A DNA stretch of 11,979 bases from assembly GCA_905178155.1 (NCBI GenBank), contig CAJINV010000064.1, positions 3,346 through 15,324 on the forward strand, in the 5' to 3' direction. The translations under genes were made by a program, and so were the position numbers. Each line of letters starts with the position of its first letter. The first letter of the stretch is position 1. This document shows, one piece after another, positions 8,750 to 11,979 of the stretch. The notes under the pieces were generated by a model that saw only the letters and a program-made list of their open reading frames with translations, had not been told where the DNA came from and searched no databases. The stretch is from Amoebophrya sp. A120 (lineage: Eukaryota > Protista > Dinoflagellata).

Positions 8750-10525
8750 GTCGCCGTTCCTGCCTCGTGACCCTCCAGGCGGGGGCCAACGGTCCCACCT
8801 CGTTCGCGCGCTCCTTGGATGAGCGGCCGGAGCTTTTCGCGCAAAATGTTCGCAGAAAGCCAGCTCGGCATGACGTCGCCGTGGATCATCACTGCGTGCG
8901 CGATCTCGTCGTCCGGAGCCTCTATCCTGAGTAAAAACGTACCCACACCAGAGTTGTAATGCAGATTTGCAAAGACAGGAAGACTTGTAATGCGCATCCC
9001 CATGAGAGCCATTTCCAATCCTGTTTTGGAATTTGTGATGCTGTGAACAGGACGAGCAGATGAATCTGTGATGCGGCTGCACTTGCTGACCTGCACTACA
9101 CTGCATAGTGCAACTTGTCATGCGTGACTCACAAAACTCCTAGGTTTGTGTTGCAAAATCCCCATCCTGACTCTGGTGTGGGTACGTTTTTACTCAGGAT
9201 AGCCTCGGCGAGCAGGTCATAAAAGTCTTCCACCGTACAAGAAAACAGTCCCTCTGCTACGAAAGGATAATGGCCGGGGGCTCTATCGGTGCCAGCAGTC
9301 GCTTTATTGTACCAGTTTTGCAAATAATTCTTCGTCTTATTTTCCACAAACTTCCGACTCGCCTTGCTTGCGGCAGCAAGGCTTGAGGTTGCGTCAGTCC
9401 CCTCTGGGCCTAGACGGTGTTTCCGCTTCAGAACTTTCTGCAGCATGGTGTCTCTCGTCGCGGTGCCAAGATGAGCATCGGTAAGAACAGCTCGGCTTCC
9501 TCGTGTACCACTATCGGCACTGTGGCCAGCAGCGCGCACGATTTCCGCAGCTTGCAGCCACTTCTGAGAAACCGCCGGACGGATTGTGCCCGGGTCGGCC
9601 GCCACCACAGCCGCCTGCTTGGTCTTTGCGTGGTGGCTTTCGAGGTTTTCCACAGTTGCTTTGCGGTCGGCTTTATGGAATGCAAAAATGTCTGGGTCTG
9701 GAAGAGTGCATGTTTGTCATGCTTGGCTGGCATGACTCTTAAATCTGTCATGTACTTTACCCAAGAGCCCCATTTTTCTGTCATGCAGAAACGCAGTTTG
9801 TCATGCAGAAGAGGCAACACCTAGAAGCAAGCTCAAAAACTTGTCATGCTGAGCCAGGACTTGCGGCCTCCTCATGATACGCCACCCAGCATCACAAGTT
9901 TCCAGACCCAGACATATTTGCAATGCATAGGCTTTTTGATCGAAGGAGCCCGACGCGACCCCATTGCCGGCCAAGAACGAATAAACCCGGTCCCAGGCGT
10001 ATCAAATGTGAAAATGTCTGGGTCTGGAAGAATTCATGTTTGTCATGCTTGTCTGGCATGACTCTTAAATCTGTCATGCACGTTACCCAAGAGCTCCGCT
10101 TCTCTGTGATGCAGAAGCGCAGTTTGTCATGCAGAATAGGCAACACCTAGGAGCTCTGAAACTTGTCATGCTGAGCCAGCATTTGTAGCCTCATCATGAG
10201 ACGCTACCCAGCATCACAAGTTCCCAGACCCAGACATTTTTACTTTTGATAAGGCGTAGTCTGGCAGGGGACCTTCCGCGCCGCTCGTGCTGGGTGTCAA
10301 AGAAGTACTGCTGTCGTGTTCGAGGACCACATCGTCGGTAGCTTTGGGAGGTGCGCCTGCACCAGCTCCCGCAAGAGACTCCTGCGCCGTTTGAAGGTTG
10401 TTCACCTGCTGCTGCCCGTCAGTGCTTCTGGTGTGCGACGAGTCGCTGGAGGCCGATGCGGCGACCAGGACAGATTTGGTGCTCCATAGAAGCAGGAGCG
10501 CCCGAGATGCCAGTGCGTGCTTCAT
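8176..10525 (-). CDS. 515-aa hypothetical, probably secreted protein; exons 10525-10252, 9994-9930, 9668-9202, 8917-8176
   Basis: Removing 257, 261 and 284 nt (each element plus one TSD) gives 1548 nt with no internal stop. Junctions read PLPDYA|WDRVYSFLAG, SFDQKA|DRKATVENLES and FYDLLAEA|PDDEIAH. The ATG sits in AAAATAATGA context. The N-terminus MKHALASRALLLLWSTKSVLVAASA is signal-peptide-like. The C-terminal part is conserved in the paralog. Confidence 0.88.
8923..9201. mobile_element. 279-bp TIR element, family E; putative non-canonical intron
   Basis: Perfect 32-bp TIR TATCCTGAGTAAAAACGTACCCACACCAGAGT. TSD GCCTC at 8918-8922 and 9202-9206. Confidence 0.96.
9674..9929. mobile_element. 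256-bp family-A TIR element; putative non-canonical intron
   Basis: 30-bp TIR TATGGAATGCAAAAATGTCTGGGTCTGGAA (3 mismatches). TSD GGCTT at 9669-9673 and 9930-9934. Confidence 0.96.
10000..10251. mobile_element. 252-bp family-A TIR element; putative non-canonical intron
   Basis: TIR TATCAAATGTGAAAATGTCTGGGTCTGG / CCAGACCCAGACATTTTTACTTTTGATA. TSD AGGCG at 9995-9999 and 10252-10256. Confidence 0.96.
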
Positions 10526-11389
10526 TATTTTTGAATCTGCAAGAGACACGGGCTTCAGGCGTGTGTATGTTGCAGTCGAATCAATGATGAAAATGAAATT
10601 GTACGCAGCAAACTACTGGGACTAGTAGATAAAAGGAAAAACAAAATTTTTCAGCAAGGCCGACAAGTTAAAGTTTTCTAAATCAAGTACATTGAATCTT
10701 GATATCGTGTGCGGAAATGTCGAAAATATTGTATCAACTAAGAAGTAGAAATTGCATTGTTTGTAGAGTTTGAAATAAAATATCGTATAAAAAAAACATG
10801 GAAGATGAGGTTGAAAAGCTTCGATGCAGCTAATCTTCGCCTGTTGAAAAAAATATTGCATTTTGACGTTCCAGCACTGGAAACATAAGCAAAAAATCCC
10901 GCTACAACTTCTACACGCTGACCAGCCCATGCTGGCGCTTGTTCCAACTTGCATTTTTGTAGATCCACATCCGTATTTCGACAGCTACAAGCCTGATTGT
11001 GCAGTCTTTAATGAAGTCTACAGTTCCATCTTTATCCCGATGAAAATATTAACCGACGCTTGTTCGTCATGTTGTAGTAGGAGTAGTTTCTTCATGATCT
11101 TCCCATTACTTGGAGGAGTTTCAACCGCATCTAGCGTTTTTACAACGTGCTAGTACAACAACCTCTTCGTTTTGGTTTTTGATCCAGCTTTCGTGATAGG
11201 AAAAGAAACTTTGTGGTACTTCTTTCAGTCGCCGTCACAAAACACAGCGAGCTCGTCGCAACGAGGTGGCTGCAAGCGTGCTGCAGTGGTCCCTCCAAAT
11301 GATAAAAGGGGGCTGTAATAAGAGCTGGCATCTGTATTGCTGATTTGCTTTTCATTGTCCGAAACGGAAACGGTTCTCCTTGATACCAA

Positions 11390-11641
11390 AATGAAATGTA
11401 AAAATGTCTGGGTCTGGAGGACTGCATGTTTGTCATGCTTGTCTGGCATGACTCTTAGATCTGTCATGCACGTTACCCAAGAGCTCCATTTTTCTGTGAT
11501 GCAGAAACGCAGTTTGTCATGCAGAATAGGCAACACCTAGAAGCTCAGAAACTTGTAATGCTGAGCCAGCACTTGTGGCCTCATCATGAGACGCCACCCA
11601 GCATCACAAGTTTCCAGACTCAGACACTTTTACATTTGATA
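11390..11641. mobile_element. ~252-bp family-A TIR element with an altered left terminus
   Basis: Closely colinear with 10000-10251. The right end is ...TACATTTGATA, but the left end reads AATGAAATG instead of TATCAAATG. A direct repeat ATACCAAAATGA lies at 11383-11394 and 11641-11652. Confidence 0.92.
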
Positions 11642-11979
11642 TACCAAAATGACGCAAGGGTCTTTTGCCTTAAGCAGCACGACCAGCTGCAGTGGCAATT
11701 GTTAATAGACTCTCAGTCACATCTACTTCTCAAGGGCAGGATAACATCTCAGCAACTTGCTACTGTCATCCGAAACACAATACATATAAAATTATTGTCG
11801 GTGCAGCATATTAAATAGCCCAGTACGACCTCGTACAAGGGCATATTTTCATCTTGACGTTCAGGTCAGTAAAGACTTCAGCCCCCACTTTGCTGCACCC
11901 GGTTCATGTGCTGATTTTCTATCTGCGCTACCATTTTATTTCCCAGCTTTTCCTCTTCTGGGTTTTTCTCTTCCTCGCG

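Noticed and set aside
8923-9201. Tc1/mariner-type (TA TSD) or Paramecium-type TA-bounded IES reading of the TA termini
   Set aside because: The empty sites seen for the three copy-A elements contain no TA, and a 5-bp repeat lies outside the TAT...ATA ends, so TA is part of the TIR.
9674-10251. CRISPR array or bacterial REP/IS elements
   Set aside because: The repeats are inverted pairs bounding ~250-bp homologous bodies, not direct repeats with unique spacers. There are no cas or transposase genes, and gene organisation is not prokaryotic.
10622-11153. ORFs 10622..10954, 10738..10968 and 10863..11153 as genes or upstream exons
   Set aside because: They are AT-rich with Phe/Cys-biased translations and are separated from the 10525 start by in-frame stops. 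There is no independent support.
9428-11540. Repeated small ORFs (MLPILHDKLRFC..., CKNVWVWK...) that look like a peptide gene family
   Set aside because: They are translations of family-A elements on either strand, with shifting frames and no consistent start or stop.

Overview
This is eukaryotic, probably protist, genomic DNA with one assembly N at 2794. It is dominated by about 12 short non-autonomous terminal-inverted-repeat (TIR) elements covering roughly 28% of the window. They belong to several unrelated TIR families, but most are 250-340 bp long, begin TAT and end ATA, are flanked by 5-bp direct repeats (TSDs), and carry an internal TGTNATGC motif. Removing each element plus one TSD copy joins the fragmentary minus-strand ORFs in frame. 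This gives (i) a 515-aa protein with a signal-peptide-like N-terminus (10525->8176, three inserts), (ii) the 3' part of its tandem paralog (2793->1313) with three different inserts whose empty sites are visible in the first gene, and (iii) a less certain ~176-aa gene (5957->4413). The elements therefore behave like transposon-derived, non-GT-AG introns (introners). This resembles the inverted-repeat/direct-repeat non-canonical introns known from the syndinian parasite Amoebophrya, though the taxon is my inference. The window also holds a tandem segmental duplication (1-2793 vs 6708-8749) and a third copy of a conserved unexplained segment. No gene symbol could be assigned.
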